This document shows, piece by piece, positions 51,889 through 62,575 of a stretch of 64,000 nt of DNA. A program made the translations under genes and the position numbers. Under the pieces are notes generated by a model. It was not told the origin of the DNA. It ran no database searches and was given only the letters and a program-made list of their open reading frames with translations. The DNA comes from an uncultured delta proteobacterium. GTDB lineage: Bacteria > Desulfobacterota > WTBG01 > CAIYCZ01 > CAIRTM01. Positions within the stretch are counted from its first letter, which is position 1. Every line of letters begins with the position of its first letter. The stretch covers positions 32,001 to 96,000 of the forward strand of contig CAWDSQ010000007.1 in NCBI GenBank assembly GCA_963804955.1, written 5' to 3'.

Positions 51889-52423
51889 GCAGAAATCTCC
51901 TGAGAGTCAAACAGGTCGATGAGTACGGGGGCTGTTTTCGCAAAACAAATACACTGAAGTCTCTCTTCGTTCCCACCTTTTCAATAATCTAAAGATGGGA
52001 TAAGGCACCATCAACATAAACATCCGGATGTAGTATAAAACAATGCTTGGCACTAGTTACCTAAATTTTCTTATACTATATAATCTCCAGAACAAGAAGA
52101 AAGAAAAAAATATACACAAAGAATGCAGGTAGAAGCGTATACCTACTATGTCCATCTGCTAAAAAAAAAACCTGGCAGCTACGCAAACCGGGGGTAACAA
52201 CACAGCTTGCAGCCTGGCGGAATGAGTAAAAAAACAGCGCTCCCCGTAACACCATTATGCGGACTGGATATCCTGCCCCTGATAATTTTCAGGATGTTAT
52301 CGAACGTGCCACCCCGACAATATATTAGCTCGCCGAACGCCCTGCATTTTATTACAGCAGCATCGAAGGCAGCCTAAACCCGCATATCAACATCTATGAC
52401 GATATTTGCTGACGATATTTGCC

Positions 52424-52452
52424 TTGACACACTACAGTCGCCATTTTATAGT
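52424..52452 (+). promoter_or_regulatory. sigma70-type promoter of the wzx block, preceded by a 13-bp tandem repeat
   Basis: TTGACA-17 bp-TATAGT; TGACGATATTTGC x2 at 52397-52422. Confidence 0.7.
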
Positions 52453-52559
52453 CAAATACCCGACTAATACGAGTTCCTATCATTTCAAATACAATTCTAT
52501 CCTTTTATGGCTAGTGAAAGCCGGCATAAAATAAGCCCTATTTAACTTTAAAAAGATAT

Positions 52560-53920
52560 ATGAATTTTTCAGTTGCAATTATTAATAAATTTTTACGCTT
52601 ATTTTTAAAAAAAGAGGCGAACTTAATTCATCTGAAATCAGGCATAAAAATATTTTATTATCAGGTTCATCCAATGTTGTTCTGAAAATTATTACTTCTC
52701 TTTCATCATTAATTTCCGTTCCATTGGTTATTGGTTATTTTGGAAAGGAACTCTTTGGTTTATGGATGCTCATAACATCAATCGTGGGATGGATGCAGTT
52801 GTCGGATTTTGGGTTAGGCCGTGGAATGGTCAACATACTTGCTGAGGATTATGGCAAGGATGATTTTTCTTCTGCTTCTGAACATATAAAAACATCCATG
52901 ATTGTTTTGCTGCTTATACTTCTTGTGGGCATTTTCCCTGTTTTACTGCTAGCCAATTATCTTCCATGGGAATTAATAATAAAAAGCGATAATGCTTTCC
53001 ATATCGATATGGCTCAAAAATGTTTTGTTATTGTTGGCTTGTTTTTTCTTCTTAATATGGCTGCAGGATTAATCGTAAATATTTTTAATGCGTTTCAGAG
53101 ACTCTATGTCGCAAATTCAGTAAACACCGCTTGTTCGGTGCTGTCGCTTGCGGTTATTTACACATGTGTTTTAACTAAATTGAATTTTTTAATAATGATA
53201 TTTTGTATTTCCGCTGTTACTTTTCTTGGTTATATGTATTTGTGGCACATGTTTTTTAAAATATTTCCGGACATAAATTTTAGAGGGCCTGTTAATAAAA
53301 AAATTTTCTTGAAAGTATCAAAAACAAGCGGTCCCCTCTTCATTTTTCAAATTGCATCTCTCCTGGTCAATCAAAGTTATAATGTTATTATATCTGTAGT
53401 TGCAGGCCTGACACTGGTTGCAGATTATAATATTCTTGTGCGTATTTTTTCCCTTATTTCTTTTTCTGCTGCAGCCATTTCAACTCCTTTTTATCCTGCT
53501 ATTCGTGAAGCTTATGAACGGAAAGATTTTACATGGGGAGAAAAATCTATCTGGAGAGCTTTTTTTATAAGAAACAGTGTTTTAATTGTTTTTTCAGTGC
53601 CTTTATTTTTTATTGGAAACGACCTTATTTATTTTTGGGTGGGAAAAACGCTGGAAAATAATTTCGGGTATCTTGGTTGGTTCTTTTTTATTGCGTTTCT
53701 CCTTTCTACAGGTATTAGCTGTGCTGCCGGCGACCTGCTTCTTGTTATGGATGATATATGGGCTCAAATTAAGATTGCGCTGATCAATGGTGCGGTGGTG
53801 GTAGTCGCGCTTTTTTTACTGGTAAAACCATGGGGACTTGTTGGTGTGTATCTTGCGGCATTTGCAGGAAATGCTTATCCTGCTTTTTGGGGCCTTAATC
53901 GATTGCGGTTTAAAATTTGA
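52560..53920 (+). CDS. Wzx/MATE-type oligosaccharide flippase (5' end probably frameshifted)
   Basis: About 12 TM segments, GKELFGLW, DFGLG, PFYP; ATG at 52560 with A/T runs upstream of the long ORF. Confidence 0.82.
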
Positions 53921-54879
53921 CAGGGATTTGGAAAATGAAAATTATTAGAAGCAATATTACTGGTTGTAGAACAAATAAAATGTCTTTATTGTTTAAAATT
54001 AGCAATGGATTACTTATGCCATTTTTTTTATTTATATCTTTACTCTTATGCATGAATGGCGCATTAATTCATTTTAAATTAATATTTATTTTTATATTTT
54101 TATTTTTAAACAAAAAATTAACCTCTAAAAATCTTTTAAAACTGCTGGTATGCCCATTTGATTCAGTAAGATATTATGAGGCTCACGTATTTTATAAAAT
54201 TTTAAAAAATAATGTTTTTAAATTCGAAAACTATCTTGATGTTTCTTCTCCGCGGATTTTTCCTTTTATTTTTTGTTTAAAAAAAAATAAATTAACAAAA
54301 AAATGTATTTTAATAAATCCAGACAATAAAGATTTGTCTGAAACACGGTCATTATTCAATAAAAGCACCATGGCGTGTGAATTATATAACATAAAAGTCG
54401 GTGAACTGCCTGAAGATGAGCAGTTTGATTTTATTACTTGCATTTCTGTTTTAGAACATATTCCTCAAGAAGGTGATATCGACGCAGTAAAGAAAATGTG
54501 GCGAATTTTAAAAAAAGGTGGATTCCTGTATATTACAGTGCCTTGTTCAAATGAGGAAATCAATGAGTATCGGGACATGGATCCGTATGGATTGAATGGA
54601 GAAAATTCCAGTGAGTATTATTTTTTTCAAAAATTTTACGATAAAAACATGTTGGAAAATAGAATTTTCAAAACAACAGGGAAACCAATTATTATGGAAA
54701 TTTTCGGAGAAAGAATTCCGGGAAGAATACATCATCTCGATATGATGAAAAAAAAATTAAATTATTTATCCTCTGCGGAATCTTTAATCACCTTTTTAAA
54801 TATAAAAAAGCTTAATAAAATTGAAGACCTGAATGATTTAGGTGTTGTTTGCATGTTGTTCGAAAAACATGTAGACTAA
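53917..54879 (+). CDS. Class I SAM-dependent methyltransferase-like protein
   Basis: LDVSSP, FDFITCISVLEHI, LKKGGFLYITVP. Confidence 0.78.
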   Translation: MTGIWKMKIIRSNITGCRTNKMSLLFKISNGLLMPFFLFISLLLCMNGALIHFKLIFIFIFLFLNKKLTSKNLLKLLVCPFDSVRYYEAHVFYKILKNNVFKFENYLDVSSPRIFPFIFCLKKNKLTKKCILINPDNKDLSETRSLFNKSTMACELYNIKVGELPEDEQFDFITCISVLEHIPQEGDIDAVKKMWRILKKGGFLYITVPCSNEEINEYRDMDPYGLNGENSSEYYFFQKFYDKNMLENRIFKTTGKPIIMEIFGERIPGRIHHLDMMKKKLNYLSSAESLITFLNIKKLNKIEDLNDLGVVCMLFEKHVD

Positions 54880-54907
54880 AGATGCGGCTTAACTTCGGAG
54901 AACAAAA

Positions 54908-56001
54908 ATGATAAAATTTCCAGTTTATCAACCATCACTGACCGGCAATGAAAAAAAGTATGTCAATGAGTGTTTGGATTCCACCTGGATTTCGTCTAAA
55001 GGCAAATTCGTTGTAGAATTTGAAAAGAAATTTTCACAGTTTATAGATATTAAGCACGCAACCACCGTCAGCAACGGGACTGTTGCCCTGCATCTTGCCC
55101 TTTTAGCTTTAGGCATAGGCGATGGTGATGAGGTTCTTGTTCCGACACTTACTTATATCGCCTCGGTTAATGCTATTGCCTACACCGGCGCTACTCCTGT
55201 TTTTGTCGATTCATTAAGTGACACCTGGCAGATTGATCCTGCTGATGCAAAAAAGAAAATAACGCCAAAAACAAAGGCCATTATGGCTGTGCACCTTTAT
55301 GGGCACCCCTGCGATATGGATTTATTAGCAGCGGTCGCAAAAGAGCACAATATTTTTCTTATAGAAGATTGCGCCGAGGCTTTGGGCACGCTTTACAAGG
55401 GAAAGCATGTTGGCTCTTTCGGCAACATATCGACATTCAGCTTTTTTGGAAATAAAACCATAACAACAGGCGAGGGCGGTATGGTTGTCACCAACGATGA
55501 AACGCTCCATGACCGTGCCATTCATTTTAAGGGTCAAGGGCTCGCAAAACACCGCGCAGTACTGGCACGATGTTATCGGTTACAATTATCGCATGACCAA
55601 TATCTGTGCGGCAATAGGAGCTGGCACAGCTTGAGCAGGCTGATTTTTTTATTGAAAAAAAAAGAGAAATTGCAAAATGGTATAAACTATTTCTTAAAGA
55701 TATCCCGGTAGAAGTTCATAAAGAAGTTGGCAATATTCGGCATTCATATTGGATGGTTTCTTTGCTTGTTGAAAATCCTTCGCAAAGAGAGCCTCTTAGG
55801 GAGCATCTTGAACGTAATGGCATTGAGACCCGACCTCTTTTTTATCCGGTTCATACCATGCCGATGTATTCCTGCAAATACCAGAAACATGCTGTTGCTG
55901 AAGATCTTGGCTGGCGAGGAATGAATCTGCCAAGCTACCCCGGGCTCAATAAAGAGGATGTTGCGGAAATAGTCCAGCACATAAGAGAATTTTTTACATA
56001 A
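54908..56001 (+). CDS. DegT/DnrJ aminotransferase, GDP-perosamine synthase-like (indels near 55555-55625)
   Basis: WISSKG, NGTVALHLAL, EDCAEA, SFFGNKTITTGEGG, GIETRP, NLPS. Confidence 0.88.
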
Positions 56002-56376
56002 AATCCTTTGAAATCAGGGGATTTGCTTCCACAGCATTCTCAGATGCTGTAAGCTCATTTAGTAAAACAGCGATTTGAACACATGAAGTTTTTTTCATTT
56101 TTCTTTTGACGCAGACACAGTGCGTACGATACTATCCCCCAAATAAAACGGTGTCTGGAATTTTTTGCCTAAGAGAATATTGCAGGTTTCTTCATGCTGC
56201 GAGGGTTTGATGCTGGTTTTGCTATGACCGCCCATAATGTTTGAATCGGTTTTTAGCATTAAAAAATTGTTTGGCACAATTAACTTTCCAGTATGCGTAT
56301 TTTGCCTGTAAAATGCACACTCTAAGCACCATATTTGTTAAAAGTTGATAACGAAAACTATATTGTAAAAAATTTT

Positions 56377-57594
56377 ATGATGAAAAAGATAGCTGTAATT
56401 GATCCTGCTCTGAACGAAGGAGGGGGAGTAAGGGCACTGGTAAACCTCCTCTTAGAGATAAAAAAGGTGCGATCGAACTTAAGTATCGACTTATTCTGCG
56501 ACCTAAAGAAGCTGAAAAAATTTGACTATAAGGAAATGCTGATAAAAAACGGTATTACTCCAAGGAGCCTGAAATCTTTTGGCGTTAAAGGTTTTTTTTT
56601 GCGAGGCATAGATTTCTATAATAGAACTATAAAAAAACAGAGGACGGATTTATGGCATGAAGGTGTAAAAAAAGATATTGAAAAATGTTGTGGGGGATAT
56701 GATTTAGCTTATTTTTTTTGGCCAATGAACACAAAGTGCCCGGATCTAAAATGTCCTATGGTGGCAACATTTCATGATTTTGGTTATGCTTACTTTTATG
56801 GGGTAGCCAAAAATCCTGTTCGCCCGTTTTCATGCGACGAGATTCCAAAATGGATGAAAAGCAAGGTTGTTCCTGTTGTTTCAACAAACTTTATGGCGTC
56901 CGAGCTGAAAAAATTATTCCCTCATGCCGCAGAGCCTACAGTTATCAATCTTACGTCTCTTAATGCGCACACCGATACTGCTTCTTATGAAACTTCGCTG
57001 GAACATGTTAAGCATCTAGGTATTACGGGGCCATACTTCTTATACCCGGGAAATTTGGGCGCGCATAAAAATATTCACAACCTTGCTTGTGCTATCTATC
57101 TCTTAAATAAAACGGGCAAAAAAATTACATTGGTTTATACGGGATCACAGTCTAATCACTACTCGGGGAAAGCAGATAAGTGGGCGGTTAATGTTACAAG
57201 CACTGATCAAGATGTCATCGGTCTCGGATATATAGACGACGAATTGCTTAATCATTTGATGCAATGCGCTGAAGCGGTCGTTTCACCTTCTCTTTATGAG
57301 GCAGGCTGCGGGCCGGCTTTCGATGCGTGGGCCTTGGGGATACCAGTTGCAATGTCCAATATTGATCCATTTGTTGAACATCTTGACATGATAAATGGAG
57401 TATATGCAACACTGTTTGATCCCCTGAACCCCTATGATATTGCAGAAAAACTTAACTTTGTACTTGAGAACAGGGCTTTTATTCTTCAAAAGGCGCGCGA
57501 GTCAAAAACAGCTCTTAAAAACTGCACATGGGAAAAAGCTGCAAGGTTATATGTGGAATTATTTGAAAATATCTGTGAGTTAAAAGCTTTATGA
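56377..57594 (+). CDS. Glycosyltransferase family 4
   Basis: FHD, YPGNLGAHKN, PSLYEAG. Confidence 0.87.
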   Translation: MMKKIAVIDPALNEGGGVRALVNLLLEIKKVRSNLSIDLFCDLKKLKKFDYKEMLIKNGITPRSLKSFGVKGFFLRGIDFYNRTIKKQRTDLWHEGVKKDIEKCCGGYDLAYFFWPMNTKCPDLKCPMVATFHDFGYAYFYGVAKNPVRPFSCDEIPKWMKSKVVPVVSTNFMASELKKLFPHAAEPTVINLTSLNAHTDTASYETSLEHVKHLGITGPYFLYPGNLGAHKNIHNLACAIYLLNKTGKKITLVYTGSQSNHYSGKADKWAVNVTSTDQDVIGLGYIDDELLNHLMQCAEAVVSPSLYEAGCGPAFDAWALGIPVAMSNIDPFVEHLDMINGVYATLFDPLNPYDIAEKLNFVLENRAFILQKARESKTALKNCTWEKAARLYVELFENICELKAL

Positions 57595-57721
57595 ACAAAC
57601 CCCTGACAATAAAAAAGCTGTTGCAGATAGACCTCCAATGGTTGGCCCGTCTATGTGAGCGCTTTGCTTTGAAGTGGAATGCACCTCGCTTTAACTGGAG
57701 CTTTGTAAATAGCCCTAGAAA

Positions 57722-58363
57722 TTAAATCTCTTGTGCCGGATTACCAAAAACAGAAACCCCGCTTTTCACATGCCTGATCACAACACTTCCTGCGCCAATT
57801 TTGACATTATCATTGATTCGCCGTGATGGAATGACCAGGGCTTGTGTACCTATAAACACATTTTTGCCCACTACCACATGACCAGCAATATCGACATGGG
57901 GCATAAGCGATGAAAAATCGCCTATAGAAGCGTCATGGCCAATCTGAGTCCCAATATTTATTGTCACAAAATTACCAACATGAACATTTGTTGATATAAT
58001 GGAATTCGGCAATACAACAGTTCCCTCCCCTATGTGTGAACCATGTGCAATAATGCAACCAGGAGCAATAAACGTAATAAACTGCACCTTGTGTTTTATG
58101 GAATTAACAATTTGCTCTTTAAGCTCACAGTCCGATACGGCCAATATTACGCGGTCGTTCGTTTCAAAATTAAAATCTTCTTCAAAACCTGCAACTTGAT
58201 ATTTTGTAGGATACCCATTTAATATATCGGCATCAATATCCAAATACCCCTCAATTCCCCAGTCTCTATCGGCCGCAGGGACTAATTGAAGCCAGCTTTC
58301 TATTTCACGCCCAAAGCCACTTGCGCCGATTATAAATAACCTGAATTGCTTCTTTTCTATCAT
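57722..58363 (-). CDS. NeuD/PglD-family sugar acyltransferase (hexapeptide repeat)
   Basis: GASGFGRE, IGHD, GAGSVV, GNPA. Confidence 0.9.
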   Translation of the reverse strand: MIEKKQFRLFIIGASGFGREIESWLQLVPAADRDWGIEGYLDIDADILNGYPTKYQVAGFEEDFNFETNDRVILAVSDCELKEQIVNSIKHKVQFITFIAPGCIIAHGSHIGEGTVVLPNSIISTNVHVGNFVTINIGTQIGHDASIGDFSSLMPHVDIAGHVVVGKNVFIGTQALVIPSRRINDNVKIGAGSVVIRHVKSGVSVFGNPAQEI

Positions 58364-58364
58364 G

Positions 58365-59126
58365 CTAATGTAATTTATATCCACCATCTATAATAAATTC
58401 ACTGCCGGTTATCCACCTTGCTGCATCAGATAGCAAAAATGCGCACATACCAGCTACATCACTGGGCGTACCCAACCCAAGAGGATGTGTATCTATAATT
58501 CCCTGTTTTGATTCTTCAGGAATAGTTTCAAAAAGCGCATTGGTCATCTCTGTTTGAACAATTGCAGGAAGTACGGCATTGACCCTTATTTTTTTTAAAG
58601 CCAATTCTAATGCCATAGCTCTTATTCCGCCAAGTAAAGCTGATTTTGAGGAGCAATATCCGACTTTTCCCTTCTCAGCTATTGCCGCCATAATTGATGA
58701 TATGAAGACAATGCTACCACCCTGATTTGAAATATTTTTTTTCTTTGTTAAAATTCGACATAATTCAAATCCGGCAATCACATTTACAGCAAATAACTTC
58801 TCATACTTTTGGGCATTCATCATTTGCAAAGGCACCGTCATTTCGATACCTGCAGCATGTATAAAACCATCAACCACACCAGTTTGCTTTATTGCGATAT
58901 CAACTAACCCTTCAATTCGATCGTACTGAGTAATATCAGCCACCATGCAATGATGCCCCGTACCCTCCAACTGATTCATAGCAGCATCAATCTTGTTCTT
59001 ATTGGTGCCCGACAAGATAATACGGGCCCCCAATTGACTGCATAAAACAGCGCATTGGCTGCCAATGCCCCCCGAGGCACCTGTAATAAGAATTGTTTTA
59101 TCTTCGAGAGTTACCAGCGACTTCAT
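58365..59126 (-). CDS. SDR, 3-oxoacyl-ACP reductase-like
   Basis: TGASGGIG, YCSSK, IRVN, ITG...DGG. Confidence 0.88.
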   Translation of the reverse strand: MKSLVTLEDKTILITGASGGIGSQCAVLCSQLGARIILSGTNKNKIDAAMNQLEGTGHHCMVADITQYDRIEGLVDIAIKQTGVVDGFIHAAGIEMTVPLQMMNAQKYEKLFAVNVIAGFELCRILTKKKNISNQGGSIVFISSIMAAIAEKGKVGYCSSKSALLGGIRAMALELALKKIRVNAVLPAIVQTEMTNALFETIPEESKQGIIDTHPLGLGTPSDVAGMCAFLLSDAARWITGSEFIIDGGYKLH

Positions 59127-59169
59127 TGCTTTTTATCTGACAGTTCCCAGTAAATGACACAGAAACGAG

Positions 59170-59391
59170 TTAGAACTCAACACTGCCCTCACCGATCAGT
59201 TTGATCAAATCCATTGGTGTATTGATGCTTTTAATATCAACCCCCTTGAATCTTTTCCCAAAGTTTTCATCGACAAAAGCAATAATAGACATGATGCCCA
59301 GAGAGTCGATGTCTAATTGAGTATCCAGGGTAATATCTGCAGTTAAATCAAGTGTTTCTTTTAAGCCATTTAAAAAGTCAGTATGTGTCAT
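59170..59391 (-). CDS. Acyl carrier protein
   Basis: 73 aa, acidic, DSL phosphopantetheine motif. Confidence 0.85.
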   Translation of the reverse strand: MTHTDFLNGLKETLDLTADITLDTQLDIDSLGIMSIIAFVDENFGKRFKGVDIKSINTPMDLIKLIGEGSVEF

Positions 59392-59403
59392 AGTCTCATC
59401 GCA

Positions 59404-60402
59404 TTATAAGTTTATAATTACTCCTCCCCAGGATAAACCGACACCGAAACCTACCAGCAGTATCTTGCTGCCAGAAGTTATTTTTCCGTCCTTGATTAGG
59501 TTATGCAACGCGATAGGAAGGGTAGCGGAAACGGTATTACCTGTTTCCTGCAAGTTTATATAAAACTTATCTTCTGGTATTTTAGCTTTTCTGCGCAAAT
59601 AATCGAGCATGTATTTATTTGCCTGATGCAAAACATAATAATCAATTTTATCAGGCTCTACTCCATTTATATTTAATATCTCATCTATAGCTGCAGGAAT
59701 TTTTTCAATAGTAAAATTAAAAATTTCAGGACCATTCATATACAGAAAGTTGGCATTAGTTAAGTTATCCGTACCATAAATAAAGTCAGAAGCATGAGGA
59801 TCAAACTTATTACGAAAGCCTCCATTTTTCACAATCGCATTATCATATCCGTTCCCGTCAGTATAAAGAACAAATTTCCCGAAACGCGACTTCTCTGTTT
59901 TTCCGATGAGGCAGGCTGCCGCTGCATCGCCAAAGATCGATCGATTTGCTTTGTCTTTCGGATGTATATGCTTGGAATAGGTTTCAGACATTACCAGCAA
60001 AATACGATTTGTTACACCTGCAGACATAAGTCCTTCGGATATGGCGAGCCCATATACAAATCCAGAACAGCCCAAGTTGTAATCAAAAGCCATGCATTTT
60101 GCAGGCAGCCCTAGCCGGGACTGTAGAAGGCATGCACCGGAAGGTAAAAAGTACTCCGGACTTTGGGTGCACAATATAACAGCATCAACTTCTGACCTGT
60201 CTACTTGGGCTAACAGTTTACTGGCAGCCTTTTCAGCCATATCAAGGGCAGTTTCATTATCTGCAGCAATATGCCGTTGTCTGATGCCGATTTTAGTTGC
60301 AGTCTTAGTATCCTCAAAATCCGGAAACTCGATTTTAAGATCCTCGTTTGTCAGAACCTTCTCCGGAAGATAAATTTCTATTTTTTCTATACAAGCATGC
60401 AT
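59404..60402 (-). CDS. Ketoacyl-ACP synthase III (FabH-like)
   Basis: LGCSG, FGD, HQAN, GNT, GFGVGLSWG. Confidence 0.92.
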   Translation of the reverse strand: MHACIEKIEIYLPEKVLTNEDLKIEFPDFEDTKTATKIGIRQRHIAADNETALDMAEKAASKLLAQVDRSEVDAVILCTQSPEYFLPSGACLLQSRLGLPAKCMAFDYNLGCSGFVYGLAISEGLMSAGVTNRILLVMSETYSKHIHPKDKANRSIFGDAAAACLIGKTEKSRFGKFVLYTDGNGYDNAIVKNGGFRNKFDPHASDFIYGTDNLTNANFLYMNGPEIFNFTIEKIPAAIDEILNINGVEPDKIDYYVLHQANKYMLDYLRRKAKIPEDKFYINLQETGNTVSATLPIALHNLIKDGKITSGSKILLVGFGVGLSWGGVIINL

Positions 60403-60689
60403 ATATTATTTTAATTATTGGTTAAAATTTAACAACTATTAAAAAACTCAGACTACTTAGATAAAAGTAAAGTTGCAGATTCTCAACAGACGAGATGCGC
60501 TTTTTCAGATGTCACAACAATGCAGCGATCCTACCCAACCTGCTATAATTTGCTTTTGAGCATATAAAGATTTTCAGGGTTAGTCAATAAATACTATGGT
60601 AACACTATGTTAGTTTAATTTCTGCTTAACGGACAGACCTATTAGCAGACTTACACCGCCAAGTTATCGCCCCCGCCGGGCCCACCATC

Positions 60690-60727
60690 ACAAAGAAGGC
60701 CGCTCCATTTGGAGCGGCCTTCTTTGT
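60690..60727 (-). terminator. Rho-independent terminator after lpdA (possibly bidirectional)
   Basis: ACAAAGAAGGCCGCTCC/GGAGCGGCCTTCTTTGT inverted repeat. Confidence 0.85.
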
Positions 60728-60750
60728 TTTTATAAAAAGCAAACTACGGG

Positions 60751-62487
60751 TTACTTCTTTTTGGGCATATGGATGGCTTTCTTGTCAACATCCAGCGCAG
60801 CTTCCATGATGCTCTCGGCAATCGTGGGATGCGCGTGAATGGTGTGGGCCATTTCTTCAAATGTTGCTTCCATCTGAATGGCAAGAGCTGCCTCATTGAT
60901 AAGGTCGGTGGCATGGGGTCCAAGTATTGCAACGCCCAGAACTTCGCCGTACTTCTTGTCGGCGATGATCTTCACCAGGCCGCCGGTCTCATTGATAACC
61001 AGTGCCTTGCCGCAGCCGACAAAGGGAAACCGGCCGATCTGCACGTCGCCGTACTTGGCCTTTGCTTCCTTCTCGGTCATGCCGACGCTTGCAACTTCCG
61101 GGCTGGTGTAGACAGCGCGGGGCACTGAGCGGTAGTTCATCTTGTGCTTTTTCCCCAGGACGTTCATTGCCGCTGTTTCACCTTCGGAGGTGGCTACATG
61201 GGCAAGCATGTAATTGCCGATGGCATCGCCGATGGCATAGATGCCGGCAACGCTGGTCTCAAGGTATTCATTGACCTTGATAAAGCCCTTTTCCATGGCA
61301 ACGCCGACCTTGTCAAGGCCGAGGCCTTCGGTATAGGGCGAACGGCCAACAGCCACGAGCACCAGATCGACTTCCTTCTGCTTGTCGCCGAAGGTCACGA
61401 GCTTCTTGCCGCCCTTGTCCTCGATCTTGCTGACGGACGTATTGGTAAGTATTTCAATGCCTTCCTTCTGTATCATAGCCGAGAATGACTTTGCGATCTC
61501 TTCATCTTCGGTCGGCAGAATCTGTGGCATCATTTCAACAACGGTCACTTCCACATCCATACGCTTCATCACCTGCGCGAACTCCATGCCGATAACGCCG
61601 CCGCCGATGATGAGAATGCTTTTCGGAAGCTTGTCAAGGGACAGTGCGCCGTCGGAATTGATAACGCCGGGAAGGTCAACGCCGGGGATGGGTACCTTGC
61701 TCGGCACGGAGCCGGTGGCGATGATGATCTTGTCGCACGCGATGGTCTCGCCGGTCTCTTTTACTTTCACGGTCTTGGCGTCAACGATTTCAGCCGTACC
61801 CTTGACAATCTTCATGCCGTGGCTTTTCAGAATGCCGCCGAGTCCGCCGACCAGCTGCTTCACAACAGTTGCCTTGCGTGCCATGACAGCAGGAAAGTCG
61901 ACGCTTGCGCCGGTCATGTTGATGCCGAATATTTTGGACTCTTTTGCCAGATGATACACTCCTGCCGACTGCAGGAGCGACTTGGTCGGGATGCAGCCGC
62001 GGTTGAGGCAGGTGCCGCCGAACTCATCCTTTTCAATAATGGTGACCTTGCCGCCGAGCTGGCAGATGCGGATTGCCGCAGGATAGCCGCCGGGGCCGCC
62101 GCCGATCACAACCACATGGGTGTCGGCAGCAGGGGCTGCCGGTGCTGCTGCGGCAGCGGGTGCGGCGGCAGCTGCCGGTGCTGCTGCGGCGGGGGTTGCG
62201 GCTGCTGCAGCAGGTGCTGCGCCGCCTGCGGCAACGCCGGCCAATTCGCCCTTGTCTGCCGCTATTATAGCGATAAGCTCAGCTACGGGGACTTCGCCTT
62301 CCGCGGGAACAACGATATGGAGATAGCCGTTAGCCGGGCTTTCCACTTCATAGGTGATTTTTTCTGTTTCAACAACAAGCAGAATCTCGCCCTGCTTTAC
62401 TTCTTCGCCTTCGGCCTTTTTCCACTCGGCAATCTTGCCGGTTTCCATGGTCAGCCCGAGCTTGGGCATGGTTAAATTGGTTGCCAT
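60751..62487 (-). CDS. lpdA: Dihydrolipoyl dehydrogenase (E3) with N-terminal lipoyl domain
   Basis: Lipoyl domain, AP linker, GGGPGG, GGTCLNRGCIPTK, HAHPTIAE. Confidence 0.95.
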   Translation of the reverse strand: MATNLTMPKLGLTMETGKIAEWKKAEGEEVKQGEILLVVETEKITYEVESPANGYLHIVVPAEGEVPVAELIAIIAADKGELAGVAAGGAAPAAAAATPAAAAPAAAAAPAAAAAPAAPAADTHVVVIGGGPGGYPAAIRICQLGGKVTIIEKDEFGGTCLNRGCIPTKSLLQSAGVYHLAKESKIFGINMTGASVDFPAVMARKATVVKQLVGGLGGILKSHGMKIVKGTAEIVDAKTVKVKETGETIACDKIIIATGSVPSKVPIPGVDLPGVINSDGALSLDKLPKSILIIGGGVIGMEFAQVMKRMDVEVTVVEMMPQILPTEDEEIAKSFSAMIQKEGIEILTNTSVSKIEDKGGKKLVTFGDKQKEVDLVLVAVGRSPYTEGLGLDKVGVAMEKGFIKVNEYLETSVAGIYAIGDAIGNYMLAHVATSEGETAAMNVLGKKHKMNYRSVPRAVYTSPEVASVGMTEKEAKAKYGDVQIGRFPFVGCGKALVINETGGLVKIIADKKYGEVLGVAILGPHATDLINEAALAIQMEATFEEMAHTIHAHPTIAESIMEAALDVDKKAIHMPKKK

Positions 62488-62517
62488 AGTAGTTACTCCT
62501 CTATTATCAAGTTTTCC

Positions 62518-62546
62518 GTAGTGGCGGGTTTGAAACCCGCCACTAC
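62518..62546. repeat. GTAG-type REP-like palindrome between E2 and E3
   Basis: GTAGTGGCGGGTTT-G-AAACCCGCCACTAC. Confidence 0.65.
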
Positions 62547-62575
62547 TATCATTAATTACGTTTGCCCTTATTTAA

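Noticed and set aside
62120..62240. GC-rich repeats resembling a tandem array
   Set aside because: They encode the Ala/Pro linker of E3 (likewise 63590-63710 in E2); not CRISPR.
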